64,000 bases of DNA from Desulfobacterales bacterium (lineage in GTDB: Bacteria; Desulfobacterota; Desulfobacteria; Desulfobacterales; UBA2174), in assembly GCA_963668645.2 (NCBI GenBank), contig CAXXWC010000002.1:64001-128000 (forward strand), in the 5' to 3' direction. Below the pieces are notes generated by a model. That model saw nothing but the letters and a program-made list of their open reading frames with translations, was not told the DNA's origin and made no database searches. This document shows, in pieces, positions 28,938-39,077 of this stretch. Position numbers and translations under genes: made by a program. How positions within the stretch are numbered: position 1 is the stretch's first letter; the number at the start of each line of letters is the position of its first letter.

Positions 28938-29761
28938 CTGTCTTGGGAGGTGTCGTCGGCCTGCCAGGCCGCTGTAATGGCCGGCGGAGCATCGGGCGGC
29001 GGGAGCAGCCCCCGACTCTCCGGGCGGTTTTGGTACTCGAGTTGGAGCCGATACTTTTCCACTTCGACCCGGCTTTCAATGGTTCTGCGTGCCAGCAGAT
29101 AACGCAGATAGACGATCCAGGCCACGAGACCGAATCCGAGAATCGCCGCGCCGAGAAAAAACCACTTGAAGCGCAGGATGGTTTCGAGCCCCATCCGCCC
29201 GATGTCGAGAATCAGGTTGGGAACGATCCAGTAAGCCAGAACGGCCATGAGAATCAAGGATCCGATTACGAAAACGTTGAAGCGCGAAAATCGGTGCACG
29301 AAGCGTTCGAAACCGGTTTCATCCTTTTGCGGCAAATCCGCCGCGGCCCCCGAAGCGCCCGGCGTATGCTCGACCTCGGTGCCGCACAGCCGCTGATAGA
29401 CGCGCACCAAAAAGACAAAAAGCATGATCAGGCCCACCGGCAGCCCCACCGCCGCCACGAACCAGGCACGGAAGGGAAAGGGGCGATCCCGGCTGGTGAG
29501 GCGGACTTCGTAGTTTTCCAAAGGCCCGAATGTTTTTTCGAAGTAGTAGCGATTGAATTTGCTCAGGTTCTGCCCGTCGGTCTCATAGATCAGGCTGCCT
29601 TGCGGGCTGTAGACCTGCAGCCAGGACTGGCGCCCGGACTTCATGGCAGCCAGGGCAAAGATTTCCAGCTCGATCAAAAGCAGTCCGACGAGCACCAGGG
29701 CAAAAAAGGTTTTATGCTCCCGGAAAAGGGTAGAAAAGTGGCGTGATTCGCTCATCGTCAT
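28934..29761 (-). CDS. Hypothetical membrane protein (4 TM)
   Basis: 275-aa ORF with hydrophobic segments; 4-nt overlap with the next gene. Confidence 0.7.
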   Translation of the reverse strand: MTMSESRHFSTLFREHKTFFALVLVGLLLIELEIFALAAMKSGRQSWLQVYSPQGSLIYETDGQNLSKFNRYYFEKTFGPLENYEVRLTSRDRPFPFRAWFVAAVGLPVGLIMLFVFLVRVYQRLCGTEVEHTPGASGAAADLPQKDETGFERFVHRFSRFNVFVIGSLILMAVLAYWIVPNLILDIGRMGLETILRFKWFFLGAAILGFGLVAWIVYLRYLLARRTIESRVEVEKYRLQLEYQNRPESRGLLPPPDAPPAITAAWQADDTSQDR

Positions 29762-30194
29762 CCTGTTGGTTTGAAATGACCGCTACGGCACTTGAATTAA
29801 CATAAGCGGGGCTTGCCGCTCAAGGCACAAAACCGCGAGGACTTGCGCCGTATCTGCCTAGACAGGCACAGCGATCCGGACCAACGGGCACTAACCGCCT
29901 CAGACAGTTCCGGACCGGCCGCCAGGATCACCCCCGGGCCGCCTCGTTCAAACCTGGCAGACCGTGGGGTTCAGGAATTTTCAACGACTTTTCCGATTTC
30001 TGCCACTTTCCTGTCGCTATTGATCAACGCTACGAGCCAGCCGGCGGCCTTCCGGGCGGTCCCGGCACAGCGACAGGCGCGCGCTGCCTGAAGACCTTGG
30101 GCACGTTGCCCCCGCTATCGCTTGCAGTCGCCTGCCAAAGGGGCTATAGGTGCCACTGGCAGTTCAATCCGTTTTTTGGGAAAAGAATTTGATC

Positions 30195-30752
30195 ATGAAC
30201 AAAGCCATCATATCCGTTTTGGGAAAAGACCGGCCGGGGATCATCGCCGCCGTTTCCGGCGCTCTGTTGGAAGCGGACTGCAATATCGAAAACGTCTCCC
30301 AGACCATACTGCAATCCGAGTTTTCGGGGATCTTCATCGTATCCTTGCCCGAAACGATGAGTCTGGATGACTTGCATACGGCCCTGCAAACCCGCCTGGC
30401 CCCTCTGCACCAGCAGATCCATGTCAAACCGGTTTCGGAGCCAAACGCATACACCGCACCCCCGGAAGCCTGCGAGCCGTTCGTGATCACCACCCGCGGC
30501 CCGGACCGCAAGGGGCTGGTGGCCGGCATCACTGCAGTCATCGCCGGCCACGGGGTCAATGTCACCAATCTCCAGGCGGTTTTCAAAGGCGGCCAAGCAC
30601 CCGTCGACAACATCATGATCTACGAGGTGGATGTGCCGGCCGGGGTGGATCAGAAGCGGCTTCGCAGCGACTTGCGCATCCGGGCCGCCGAACTCGACAT
30701 GCAGATCAGCATCCAGCACCGGCACATCTTCGAGGCCTTGAACCGCATCTGA
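30195..30752 (+). CDS. Double ACT-domain protein (GcvR-like)
   Basis: ISVLGKDRPGIIA and ITTRGPDRKGLVA ACT motifs; C-terminal QHRHIFEALNRI. Confidence 0.88.
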   Translation: MNKAIISVLGKDRPGIIAAVSGALLEADCNIENVSQTILQSEFSGIFIVSLPETMSLDDLHTALQTRLAPLHQQIHVKPVSEPNAYTAPPEACEPFVITTRGPDRKGLVAGITAVIAGHGVNVTNLQAVFKGGQAPVDNIMIYEVDVPAGVDQKRLRSDLRIRAAELDMQISIQHRHIFEALNRI

Positions 30753-30761
30753 AGGACAATC

Positions 30762-32135
30762 ATGCTTCATCCACAGGAAATACTCGCCACCCTGGAAATG
30801 TTGCGCCAGGAACACCTTGATGTGCGCACCGTCACGATGGGGATCCATCTTTTCGACTGTGCCGGCCCTGACCCCGAACAGACCTGCGCCGCCATGCGCG
30901 CCAAGATCCTGCGCAATGCGGCCGATCTGGTAGCGGTCTGTGACGAGGTGGGCGACAAATACGGCATCCCGGTGGTCAACAAGCGCATCGCGGTCAGCCC
31001 CATCGCCGTGGCCGCGGCTCCCCTGAATCCCGAAGGCATGCTGCAGGTGGCCCACACCCTGGACGAGGCGGCAGAAGCCTCCCGGGTCGATTTCATCGGT
31101 GGGTTTTCCGCCCTGGTGGAAAAAGGATTCGCCGCCGGCGATCTGGCCCTGCTGGACGCCCTGCCCCGGGCACTGGCCGAGACCCGCAGGGTCTGCGCTT
31201 CGGTGAACGTGGCCTCGACCCGGGCTGGGATCAATATCGACGCCATTTTGCGCATGGCCGAAATCATCAAGGCCGCTGCGGATCTCACCGCAGACCAGGA
31301 CGCCCTGGCCTGTGCCAAGCTTTGCGTTTTCGCCAATATCCCCCAGGACGTGCCGTTCATGGCGGGCGCCTACCTGGGCGTCGGCGAGCCGGACGCGGTG
31401 ATCAACGTCGGCGTCAGCGGACCGGGGGTGGTCAAGCGGGCGGTGGAGCGGGCTCTGGCGGCCGATGCGGATCTGGATCTGGGGCGGATTTCGGAGCTGA
31501 TCAAACGCACGGCCTACAAGGTCACCCGGGTCGGGGAATTGATCGGCCGCGAGGTGGCCCAGCGGCTCAAGATCCGTTTCGGGGTGGTGGACCTTTCCCT
31601 GGCCCCGACCCCCAACGTGGGCGACAGCGTGGGTGAAATCTTTCAAAGCCTCGGGTTGCGTGCCATCGGGGTGCCGGGCAGTACCGCAGCCCTGGCCCTG
31701 CTCAACGATGCGGTCAAAAAAGGCGGGGCTTTCGCTTCTTCCAACGTGGGCGGACTTTCCGGAGCCTTTATCCCGGTCAGCGAGGACCTGAACATCTCCG
31801 ACGCGGCCCGCCAGGGGTTCTTGAGCCTGGAAAAACTCGAAGCCATGACCAGCGTCTGCTCGGTGGGCCTGGATATGGTGGCCATACCCGGCGACACCAG
31901 CGTCGAGACGCTGGCCGGGATCATCGCCGACGAGATGGCCATCGGCGTCATCAACAAGAAAACCACCGCCTGCCGTCTGGTGCCGGTCCCGGGCAAGGGC
32001 GCCGGAGAGCACGCCTATTTCGGCGGCCTGCTGGGCGAATCGGTGATCATGGCGGTCAACAACGCCACCGGGGCCAACCCGTTTGTGCGCCGTGGCGGCC
32101 TGATACCGGCGCCGATTCACAGTCTGGTCAATTAG
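30762..32135 (+). CDS. DUF711/UPF0210 (PFL-like family) protein
   Basis: LDVRTVTMGI, VNKRIAVSPI, DLSLAPTP, GGLSGAFIPVSED, VCSVGLDM; usual partner of the ACT protein. Confidence 0.92.
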   Translation: MLHPQEILATLEMLRQEHLDVRTVTMGIHLFDCAGPDPEQTCAAMRAKILRNAADLVAVCDEVGDKYGIPVVNKRIAVSPIAVAAAPLNPEGMLQVAHTLDEAAEASRVDFIGGFSALVEKGFAAGDLALLDALPRALAETRRVCASVNVASTRAGINIDAILRMAEIIKAAADLTADQDALACAKLCVFANIPQDVPFMAGAYLGVGEPDAVINVGVSGPGVVKRAVERALAADADLDLGRISELIKRTAYKVTRVGELIGREVAQRLKIRFGVVDLSLAPTPNVGDSVGEIFQSLGLRAIGVPGSTAALALLNDAVKKGGAFASSNVGGLSGAFIPVSEDLNISDAARQGFLSLEKLEAMTSVCSVGLDMVAIPGDTSVETLAGIIADEMAIGVINKKTTACRLVPVPGKGAGEHAYFGGLLGESVIMAVNNATGANPFVRRGGLIPAPIHSLVN

Positions 32136-32181
32136 TCGTCCATCCCCGGCGGCATGCCGTGGTTTCTGAAGGCGCCGGGAT

Positions 32182-32574
32182 TTACTTGACCGTCAGAACC
32201 GGGCACGGGGCCTTGAGGATCACGTACTGGGCCGTGGAGCCGAGCAGCAGTTTGGATACCCGCGACAGCTTGGTGATGCCCAGGACGATCTCGCCGGCGC
32301 CGTTTTCACGGGCAAACTGGACCAATTGTTCGCCAACCGTGCCGACGCCTTGAAGCAGGCGCGCTTCCCCCTTCACTCCGGCTTCCCGGCACAGCGTGAC
32401 GGCGTAGTCAAGATCGTGGTGCAAGCGCGCCTCCTGTACCGGGTCGGCCTCCAGGTGCTGTTCGCGAACGCAGACGAGATACAACCCGTCCCCTATTCTT
32501 TGGGCCCGTTCGATGGCTACCATCAGGGCCGCCTTGGACGACCTGGATCCGTCGTATCCGACTATCATTTTCAT
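32182..32574 (-). CDS. Universal stress protein
   Basis: IVGYDGSRSS..LLLGSTAQYVILKAPCPVLTVK. Confidence 0.92.
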   Translation of the reverse strand: MKMIVGYDGSRSSKAALMVAIERAQRIGDGLYLVCVREQHLEADPVQEARLHHDLDYAVTLCREAGVKGEARLLQGVGTVGEQLVQFARENGAGEIVLGITKLSRVSKLLLGSTAQYVILKAPCPVLTVK

Positions 32575-32593
32575 TATCGACTCTTGCAGTGAA

Positions 32594-33112
32594 CTATGCG
32601 AGGGCCGCGATGACCGCCCGCATGAAAACCGGCAGATCGTCCGGGGTGCGGCTGGTGATCAGCTTCCCGTCGATTACCACCTCTTGATCCTCCCATTGGG
32701 CCCCGGCGTGGATCAGATCGTCCTTGATGGCGAAAAACGAGGTTACCCGGCGACCGTCGAGGATCTCGGCCGAAGCCAGCATCCAGCCGGCATGACAGAT
32801 GGCGGCCACCACCTTGCCGGCGGCATGCAGATCCGCCACCAGTTTGACCATGGCCGGATCACGGCGCATCAGGTCAGGGGCGTAGCCGCCGGGAATCACC
32901 ACGCCGTTAAAATCCTCGGCCCGCGCTTCGCGGGCGGCGATGTCCGCCTTCACTTCGGTGGCCGGCTTGCCGGTAAAGGTTTGGCTGCGCCCGGTACCCA
33001 TCACAACCACCTGGGCCCCAGCTTCCTTGAGCCGGAAAAACGGGTACCAGAATTCAAATACGTTGAACATGTCCTCGACCAGAATGGCCACGCGTTTTCC
33101 TTCGAGTTCCAT
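32594..33112 (-). CDS. PfpI/DJ-1 family protein
   Basis: VIPGGYAPD, AAICHAGW, ITSRTPDDL; GGGAGG RBS. Confidence 0.92.
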   Translation of the reverse strand: MELEGKRVAILVEDMFNVFEFWYPFFRLKEAGAQVVVMGTGRSQTFTGKPATEVKADIAAREARAEDFNGVVIPGGYAPDLMRRDPAMVKLVADLHAAGKVVAAICHAGWMLASAEILDGRRVTSFFAIKDDLIHAGAQWEDQEVVIDGKLITSRTPDDLPVFMRAVIAALA

Positions 33113-33484
33113 CGAGTGCCTCCCTTGCATGATGTCGATCAAAAAAACACGGCTGCACAACGCCGTATTTGCCTCAAAATCCATAATGAATATAAAATAC
33201 GCCGGGTTCTTATGTGCATGCCCGCCAGCTCCCCTGAAAATGCCTACTCAACCGCACCGGGGACTATTTCAACATTTTTCCCGCACTTGTCAATTTGTAC
33301 GCCACTTTTTCTCGTTGCCACTGTTTCCATATGCGCATCGGCCCATCGATTGACATCCGCCGGGCGGCAAGAGTAGAGATAAAACAGGCTGGCGCCGGCT
33401 CCGTACCTGGTTGACGTCCACCGATAACTGTTGTGGTTTGTTTTCCTGTCGATCATCAATCGTCTAATGGCAAGGAGGACCACG

Positions 33485-34597
33485 ATGAGAAAAGCAGTTT
33501 GGCTCGTCAGCCTGGGATGGCTGGTCTTGTGCATTTACGTTTCAGCCGCCGCCGAATCTTTCGAAGAAGGGGCGCTCTATCAGGCGGCCCAAAAAGAAGG
33601 CGAAGTCAACATCTACTCCTATTCGTCGCGCGTTTTCAAGTTCGGCAAGACATTCGAAACAAAGTATCCCGGCGTCAAGGTCAACGGATTCGACATGGAT
33701 TCGCCCGAAATCGTGACCAAGGTCCTGGCGGAACAGACGGCCAAGAATTACGTCGCCGACATAATCTTCCTCAAGGACCCGGCCACGGTGATCCATGAGC
33801 TTTACGACAGAAAACTTGTTTTCAACTATATTCCCCCGGACCTGGGCAGCCTGATCCCGGCCCAATATCAGCGGCCGCTGCTCGTTCACCACGCCAGCGT
33901 GGATGCACTGATCTACAACAACGAAAAGATGAGCGCCCCGCCGGTCCGGTCCCTCTGGGAACTGACCAAACCTGAATGGAAAGGCCGCGTCATCTTCCCC
34001 GACCCCCAGAAGATGTCCGAGTTCGTCGAAGTCCTGGCGACCATCGTGCAGCATGCCGGCGAAATGGCGGCCGACTACGAGAAGGTCTTCGGCCAGCCCA
34101 TCGCGCTGAGCGCCGGGGTGGAAAATGCCGGGTATGAGTGGATCCTGCGCCTGCTCGACAACGACCTGATCATCCAGGGATCGACCAACGACGTGGCCAA
34201 GGCCGTCGGGCTTTCAGACCAAGCCGATCCGCCGGTGGGTTTCACCGCCTACTCGCGGCTGCGCGACAAGGAGAAAAATCCCAACCTCAAATTCGATGTC
34301 ATGGTCGACGTAGCTCCGGTGATGGGCGTTGCCACCAGCGTGGTGGTGGCCATGGTCAACCAGGCCCGGCATCCGAACGCCGCCAAGCTGTTGATCCACT
34401 GGATGATGGGAGACGAGAAAGGCGGACAGGGGTACGACCCCTATTTCGTTCTGGGAAATTTCCCGGTGCGCACGGACACTCCGCCGCCTGAAGGCTCAGC
34501 AGCCCTGTCGGACTTGCAGCTTTGGTCGGCGGATCCCGCCTTTGTCTGGAAAAACGGACAGAATGTGCTCGACTTCTGGGTGGCCCATCTAAAGTGA
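33485..34597 (+). CDS. ABC transporter substrate-binding protein (Fe3+/AfuA-like class)
   Basis: Signal peptide; AAQKEGEVNIYS, LTKPEWKGR, HPNAAKLLIHW. Confidence 0.85.
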   Translation: MRKAVWLVSLGWLVLCIYVSAAAESFEEGALYQAAQKEGEVNIYSYSSRVFKFGKTFETKYPGVKVNGFDMDSPEIVTKVLAEQTAKNYVADIIFLKDPATVIHELYDRKLVFNYIPPDLGSLIPAQYQRPLLVHHASVDALIYNNEKMSAPPVRSLWELTKPEWKGRVIFPDPQKMSEFVEVLATIVQHAGEMAADYEKVFGQPIALSAGVENAGYEWILRLLDNDLIIQGSTNDVAKAVGLSDQADPPVGFTAYSRLRDKEKNPNLKFDVMVDVAPVMGVATSVVVAMVNQARHPNAAKLLIHWMMGDEKGGQGYDPYFVLGNFPVRTDTPPPEGSAALSDLQLWSADPAFVWKNGQNVLDFWVAHLK

Positions 34598-34771
34598 AAT
34601 GGGCCCCACGCATCGTCTCCTGGCCTTCCAGCACGCCAGCGGGCACTGCCCCGGCGTACCCCGGCCGGGGGTGGACGCGACGGGTGGCGTGAGCCCCGCG
34701 GCGCGCGCGCTTCACGCCACCGTGTCACATAACGGCCAGGTGACCGTGCGACGGCCGGCGACGGAGTAAAC

Positions 34772-36559
34772 ATGCAATCAATGAGCTTGCGCCTCAATCG
34801 GCTCAACAACTTCCTGCGCCGCCCGCACATCCTCATCTCCTTGATTCTGCTTGCAATCCTGCTGTTCATCGTACTGCTGCCCTTTGCCAAGATGATCAAG
34901 GACTCTTTTGTCTGGCAGTTCGCCGACATCCGGCTGTCCCACGACGCCCAGCCCGGCCAATGGACCCTGTTTCACTGGCTGCGGGTCTTTTCCAGCCCGC
35001 TGACCCACAACACGCTTCTGCGGCCGCTGTTGAACTCGCTTGCGACGTCCCTGAGTGTCTCGGCCTGCGCCATGATCATCGGATCGTTTCTCGCCTGGCT
35101 CGTGGCCCGTACCGACCTGCCCTTCAAAAGGACCGTGGCCACCGTGGCGGTGCTGCCCTATGTCATTCCTTCCTACATTCACGCCCTGGCCTGGCTCAAT
35201 CTGTTCAAGAACGACCGCATCGGCGGAGCCGCCGGCGTCTTTCAGTATCTGACGGGCATCGGTCCGGCAGACTGGATTTCCTACGGGTATCTGCCCATCG
35301 TGGTGACGCTTTCGCTGCACTACTTTCCCTTCACCTTCCTGCTGGTGTCGGCGGCGCTGAGCAGCATCGATTCGCGCCTGGAGGAGTCTGGAGAGATCCT
35401 GGGGGCATCGCGGGCCCTGATTCTGCGGCGCATCACATTTCCTTTGGTGCTGCCGGCGCTTTTGTCCAGCTTCATCCTGACCTTCTCGCGGATCCTGGGC
35501 ACCTTCGGCACGCCGTATTTTCTGGGCACGCCGGTGCGCTACTACACCCTGTCGACCCAGATTTATGCGAACATCATCAACCGCGTGCCCTCCACCGGCT
35601 ACATTCTGGCTTTCGTGCTCATCGCCATCTCGTCACTGGTCATTTATGCCAACCAGCGCCTCATCGGCAGAAACAAGAGCTACGTGACCATCGCGGGCAA
35701 GGGATTCCACATCACCGCGACCCCGCTGGGCAGGCTCCGCTATCCGATCCTCGCTGCAGTGGTCCTGCTGTTTTGCGTATCGGTGGTTCTGCCGGTGGTC
35801 CTGATCGTGTGGCAAACGCTCACGCTCTATCCGGACGACTACTCCCTGCGGCACCTGACGACACTCTTCTGGATCGGTGAGGGTGGCACGGACTTTGCCG
35901 AGGGGGAAGCCGGCATCCTGCGCAATCCGGCCATTCTCGGAGCGGCCTGGAACAGCGTACGGCTGGCGCTGAGCGCCTCGATCGCGGCAGGCCTGTGCGG
36001 CATCTTCATCGGATACGCCGTGGTCAAGGGACGCGGCACCCGGTTGTCCCATGCGGTGGAGCAGATGTCTTTTCTGCCCCATCTGGTGCCGGGGATCGCC
36101 TTCGGCGCGCTGTACCTGGCCCTGTTTTCACACCGCGTGGGACCGATCCCGGCCCTCTACGGCACCTTTTGGCTCGTGGCCCTGGTGTGCGTGGCCAAGA
36201 ACCTTCCTTTTACCGGACGGGCCGGAATCACCTCCATGCTGCAGATCGGCGGCGAGTTGGAGGAGGCCGCCGAGACCCTCGGTGCGCGATGGGCCACACG
36301 TTTTCGCCGCATCATCCTGCCCCTGTCCATCCAGGGGGCCGTCTCGGGCTTCGTGCTCGTGTTCATCACGGTCATGCGGGAGCTTTCGCTGATCATCCTG
36401 CTCGTCACGCCGGAAACGCGCACCCTGACCACCATGACTTTCCGCTACCAGGAGCAGGGCTATTCACAGTTTTCCAGCGCCATCAGCGTCCTGATCATCG
36501 TGATCGTGGTGGCCGGGGAATTGCTTTCCCGGCGCCTGGGACGCAAAGGGGCGATATGA
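34772..36559 (+). CDS. ABC transporter permease (FbpB/AfuB-like, duplicated TM module)
   Basis: Two EAA loops (LEESGEILGAS, LEEAAETLGA). Confidence 0.9.
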   Translation: MQSMSLRLNRLNNFLRRPHILISLILLAILLFIVLLPFAKMIKDSFVWQFADIRLSHDAQPGQWTLFHWLRVFSSPLTHNTLLRPLLNSLATSLSVSACAMIIGSFLAWLVARTDLPFKRTVATVAVLPYVIPSYIHALAWLNLFKNDRIGGAAGVFQYLTGIGPADWISYGYLPIVVTLSLHYFPFTFLLVSAALSSIDSRLEESGEILGASRALILRRITFPLVLPALLSSFILTFSRILGTFGTPYFLGTPVRYYTLSTQIYANIINRVPSTGYILAFVLIAISSLVIYANQRLIGRNKSYVTIAGKGFHITATPLGRLRYPILAAVVLLFCVSVVLPVVLIVWQTLTLYPDDYSLRHLTTLFWIGEGGTDFAEGEAGILRNPAILGAAWNSVRLALSASIAAGLCGIFIGYAVVKGRGTRLSHAVEQMSFLPHLVPGIAFGALYLALFSHRVGPIPALYGTFWLVALVCVAKNLPFTGRAGITSMLQIGGELEEAAETLGARWATRFRRIILPLSIQGAVSGFVLVFITVMRELSLIILLVTPETRTLTTMTFRYQEQGYSQFSSAISVLIIVIVVAGELLSRRLGRKGAI

Positions 36560-36633
36560 AACCGGGCGGCACGGTGGCGGCCCCCATCATCCGGCCCCCC
36601 CTGGCGGCCTGACCAGCGCAACGGAATCGGCCT

Positions 36634-37743
36634 ATGGAAGCGCCCATTATCGAAGTCAAGCACCTGACCAAAGTATTCGGGGACGTCTGTGCCGTCGACG
36701 ATGTGAGTTTTGCCGTCGGCGAAAAGGAGTTTTTGGTTCTGCTGGGCCCCTCGGGGTGCGGCAAGTCGACCATCCTGCGCATGCTCGCAGGTCTGGAAAC
36801 GCCTACCGAAGGCGAGATCTTGCTCAAGGGCAGGTGCGTCTTTTCCAGCCGCCGCGGAATATTCGTTCCGGCCCGCGACCGCCAGGTGGGGCTCGTCTTC
36901 CAGAGCTACGCCCTGTGGCCGCACATGACGGTGTTCGAAAACGTCGCCTTCGGCCTCAAGGTCAAACGGGAGATCCCCGCAACCGTCGCCCAGAAGGTGG
37001 ACGACATCCTGGCCTACATGCAGCTTGACGGCATGAAGGCGCGCTATCCCCAGGAGATGAGCGGCGGCCAGCAGCAGCGGGTGGCCCTGGCGCGGATGCT
37101 CGTCAACCGGCCGGACATTCTGCTCATGGACGAGCCGCTGTCGAACCTGGACGCCAAGCTGCGCATCGAGATGCGCGCCGAGATCAAGCACATCCATTCC
37201 CAGACCGGCGCCACCACGGTCTACGTGACCCACGACCAGGTCGAGGGGCAGACCATGGCCAGCAACATCGCCGTGATCAACAAGGGCCGCATCGAGCAGT
37301 ACGCCCCGCCCAGGACCATCTACCAGCGCCCGGCCAACCTCTTCGTGGCCGATTTCATCGGCAGCCCGACGATCAACACCCTGGCGGGACGCACCGGCCG
37401 GCCGGATGCCGGCGGCGTGACGGTGGACATCGGCGATTTTTCCCTCAAGACCGCCTATACGGACCTTGCCCCCGGCCGCCAGGTCGTGGCGGCCATCCGG
37501 CCGGAGCACATCGTTATCAGCGCTACCGGCGGGGTGAACACCATCTCGGGCGAGGTGCGCACCGTTCTGCCCTCGGGACCCGAAACCGTCCTGCGCGTAG
37601 GCCGCGGCGCCCATACGTTCAGCCTGCTCACCGCGCAACCGGTCGACCTGCCCCCCGGGGCCACGGTCCGCCTCTTGCTTCCGCCCGAACACCTGCTCGT
37701 GTTCGACAGGGAGAGCGGCGTGCTGTTCCCCTTGCCCAACTGA
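36634..37743 (+). CDS. ABC transporter ATP-binding protein
   Basis: GPSGCGKST, MSGGQQQRVALAR, LLMDEPLSNLD, TOBE-like tail. Confidence 0.95.
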   Translation: MEAPIIEVKHLTKVFGDVCAVDDVSFAVGEKEFLVLLGPSGCGKSTILRMLAGLETPTEGEILLKGRCVFSSRRGIFVPARDRQVGLVFQSYALWPHMTVFENVAFGLKVKREIPATVAQKVDDILAYMQLDGMKARYPQEMSGGQQQRVALARMLVNRPDILLMDEPLSNLDAKLRIEMRAEIKHIHSQTGATTVYVTHDQVEGQTMASNIAVINKGRIEQYAPPRTIYQRPANLFVADFIGSPTINTLAGRTGRPDAGGVTVDIGDFSLKTAYTDLAPGRQVVAAIRPEHIVISATGGVNTISGEVRTVLPSGPETVLRVGRGAHTFSLLTAQPVDLPPGATVRLLLPPEHLLVFDRESGVLFPLPN

Positions 37744-37753
37744 GGATTGACGA

Positions 37754-39016
37754 ATGGCAGATTTCAACGCACTGAATGCCGAAATCGACCGGGCCGCCGC
37801 CCTGCTGGCCGGCACGGCAGGCAACCTGCCCGCCCCGGTGACCGTGGTCCACCACAACGACGCCGACGGGCTGGCTGCGGCCGCGGCCTTGTCCTACGCA
37901 CTGGATCGGGCCGGCCTGGAGGGCCGGCGGCTGGCGGTGGAAAAGATCCATGAGCCGATCCTTCCCATCATCCACCGTACCGAGGGACCCGTCCTGTACG
38001 CTGATTTGGGCGGGCAGTCCGCAGGGATCATCGAGCGCCACGCCCTGCACACCCCGCTGGTGATCATCCTGGACCATCACTTGCCCGATTCTCAGGTTTG
38101 CAGGCATCTGGTGCACATCAACCCCGAGCGCTTCGGCATCAGCGGCGACACCGAGGCGTCGGGGGCTGCGGTCAGTGCATTGTTTGCCGGCGCCCTGCTG
38201 GCCCGGCGGACCGCCGGGCTATCGGCCCAGGACAAGGCCCTGCCCGCCCTGATGGGGGTGATCGGCGCCGTGGGTGACGGACAGGCGCCCGGAGGTGTTT
38301 TCAGCGGCATCAATCGACCTCTTTTCGAAACCGCTCGGCAGCTGGGGGAAATCGCACCCGGCGGCGAAGATGGCCCCGTAATTCCCCGTTTTGGTCGTCG
38401 GCCCGTAAGCGCCATCGTCGAAACGCTGAACCTTCTCGGGTCGGTGGGATTTTATTCGGGCCATGCGGAAACCGCAGTGGCATTTCTTCTCGGGCAAGAC
38501 GACGGCCAGGTGCCGGCGGCCGCTGCCCGGCGTCTCGACGAGCTGAAGCACACCCGTTTCGCCGCCGAGGTCGGCACCATCTCCCGCCGGGGGATGACCG
38601 TATCGCCGCATTTTCAGTGGGTGGATGTGGCAAACCGCTTCGCCCCCATGGGGGTCAAGGCCATCGGTCTGTTTCTCGAGGCATTGATCCACCAGGGCTT
38701 GGCGGCCCAAGACCGCTACCTCTTGGGGTTCCAACACATGCCCGACCAGATGCCCGGCATCGGCCGGATCCCCGGCTCACTGACGAAGGTGTCCGCCCGA
38801 GTCCCCCCGCAACTGAAGGCCGAGATAGATTGGGGGCGGCATCCGGATTTCATGACCCTGATTCCTCAGGCCAGCGCCCTGGTCGGGGGCAGCGCCGACG
38901 GGTGCCATCGTTTTGCGGCCGCCGCACTGATCCAACGGGGGCGCGAAGCCGCCTTCATGCAAACCATGGAGGAGACCCTGGCCGGCTGGCGCCGCGACCG
39001 GCCCCAGATTGGCTAG
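37754..39016 (+). CDS. DHH-family phosphoesterase
   Basis: VHHNDADG, YADLG, ILDHH, GAVGD, DGCHRFAA. Confidence 0.8.
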   Translation: MADFNALNAEIDRAAALLAGTAGNLPAPVTVVHHNDADGLAAAAALSYALDRAGLEGRRLAVEKIHEPILPIIHRTEGPVLYADLGGQSAGIIERHALHTPLVIILDHHLPDSQVCRHLVHINPERFGISGDTEASGAAVSALFAGALLARRTAGLSAQDKALPALMGVIGAVGDGQAPGGVFSGINRPLFETARQLGEIAPGGEDGPVIPRFGRRPVSAIVETLNLLGSVGFYSGHAETAVAFLLGQDDGQVPAAAARRLDELKHTRFAAEVGTISRRGMTVSPHFQWVDVANRFAPMGVKAIGLFLEALIHQGLAAQDRYLLGFQHMPDQMPGIGRIPGSLTKVSARVPPQLKAEIDWGRHPDFMTLIPQASALVGGSADGCHRFAAAALIQRGREAAFMQTMEETLAGWRRDRPQIG

Positions 39017-39077
39017 CCTTCTTCTTATCGGCCGGAATTCGACGGCATGAGGATTTCGAGGTTTTTGTGACGTTAAT

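Noticed and set aside
29762..30194. ncRNA or riboswitch in the 430-bp divergent intergenic region (CCTGTCGCT/AGCGACAGG stem)
   Set aside because: No recognisable family motif; such stems are expected at this GC content
34598..34771. Structured RNA between the ABC binding-protein and permease genes
   Set aside because: Very GC-rich with only imperfect stems; most simply an mRNA-stabilising spacer
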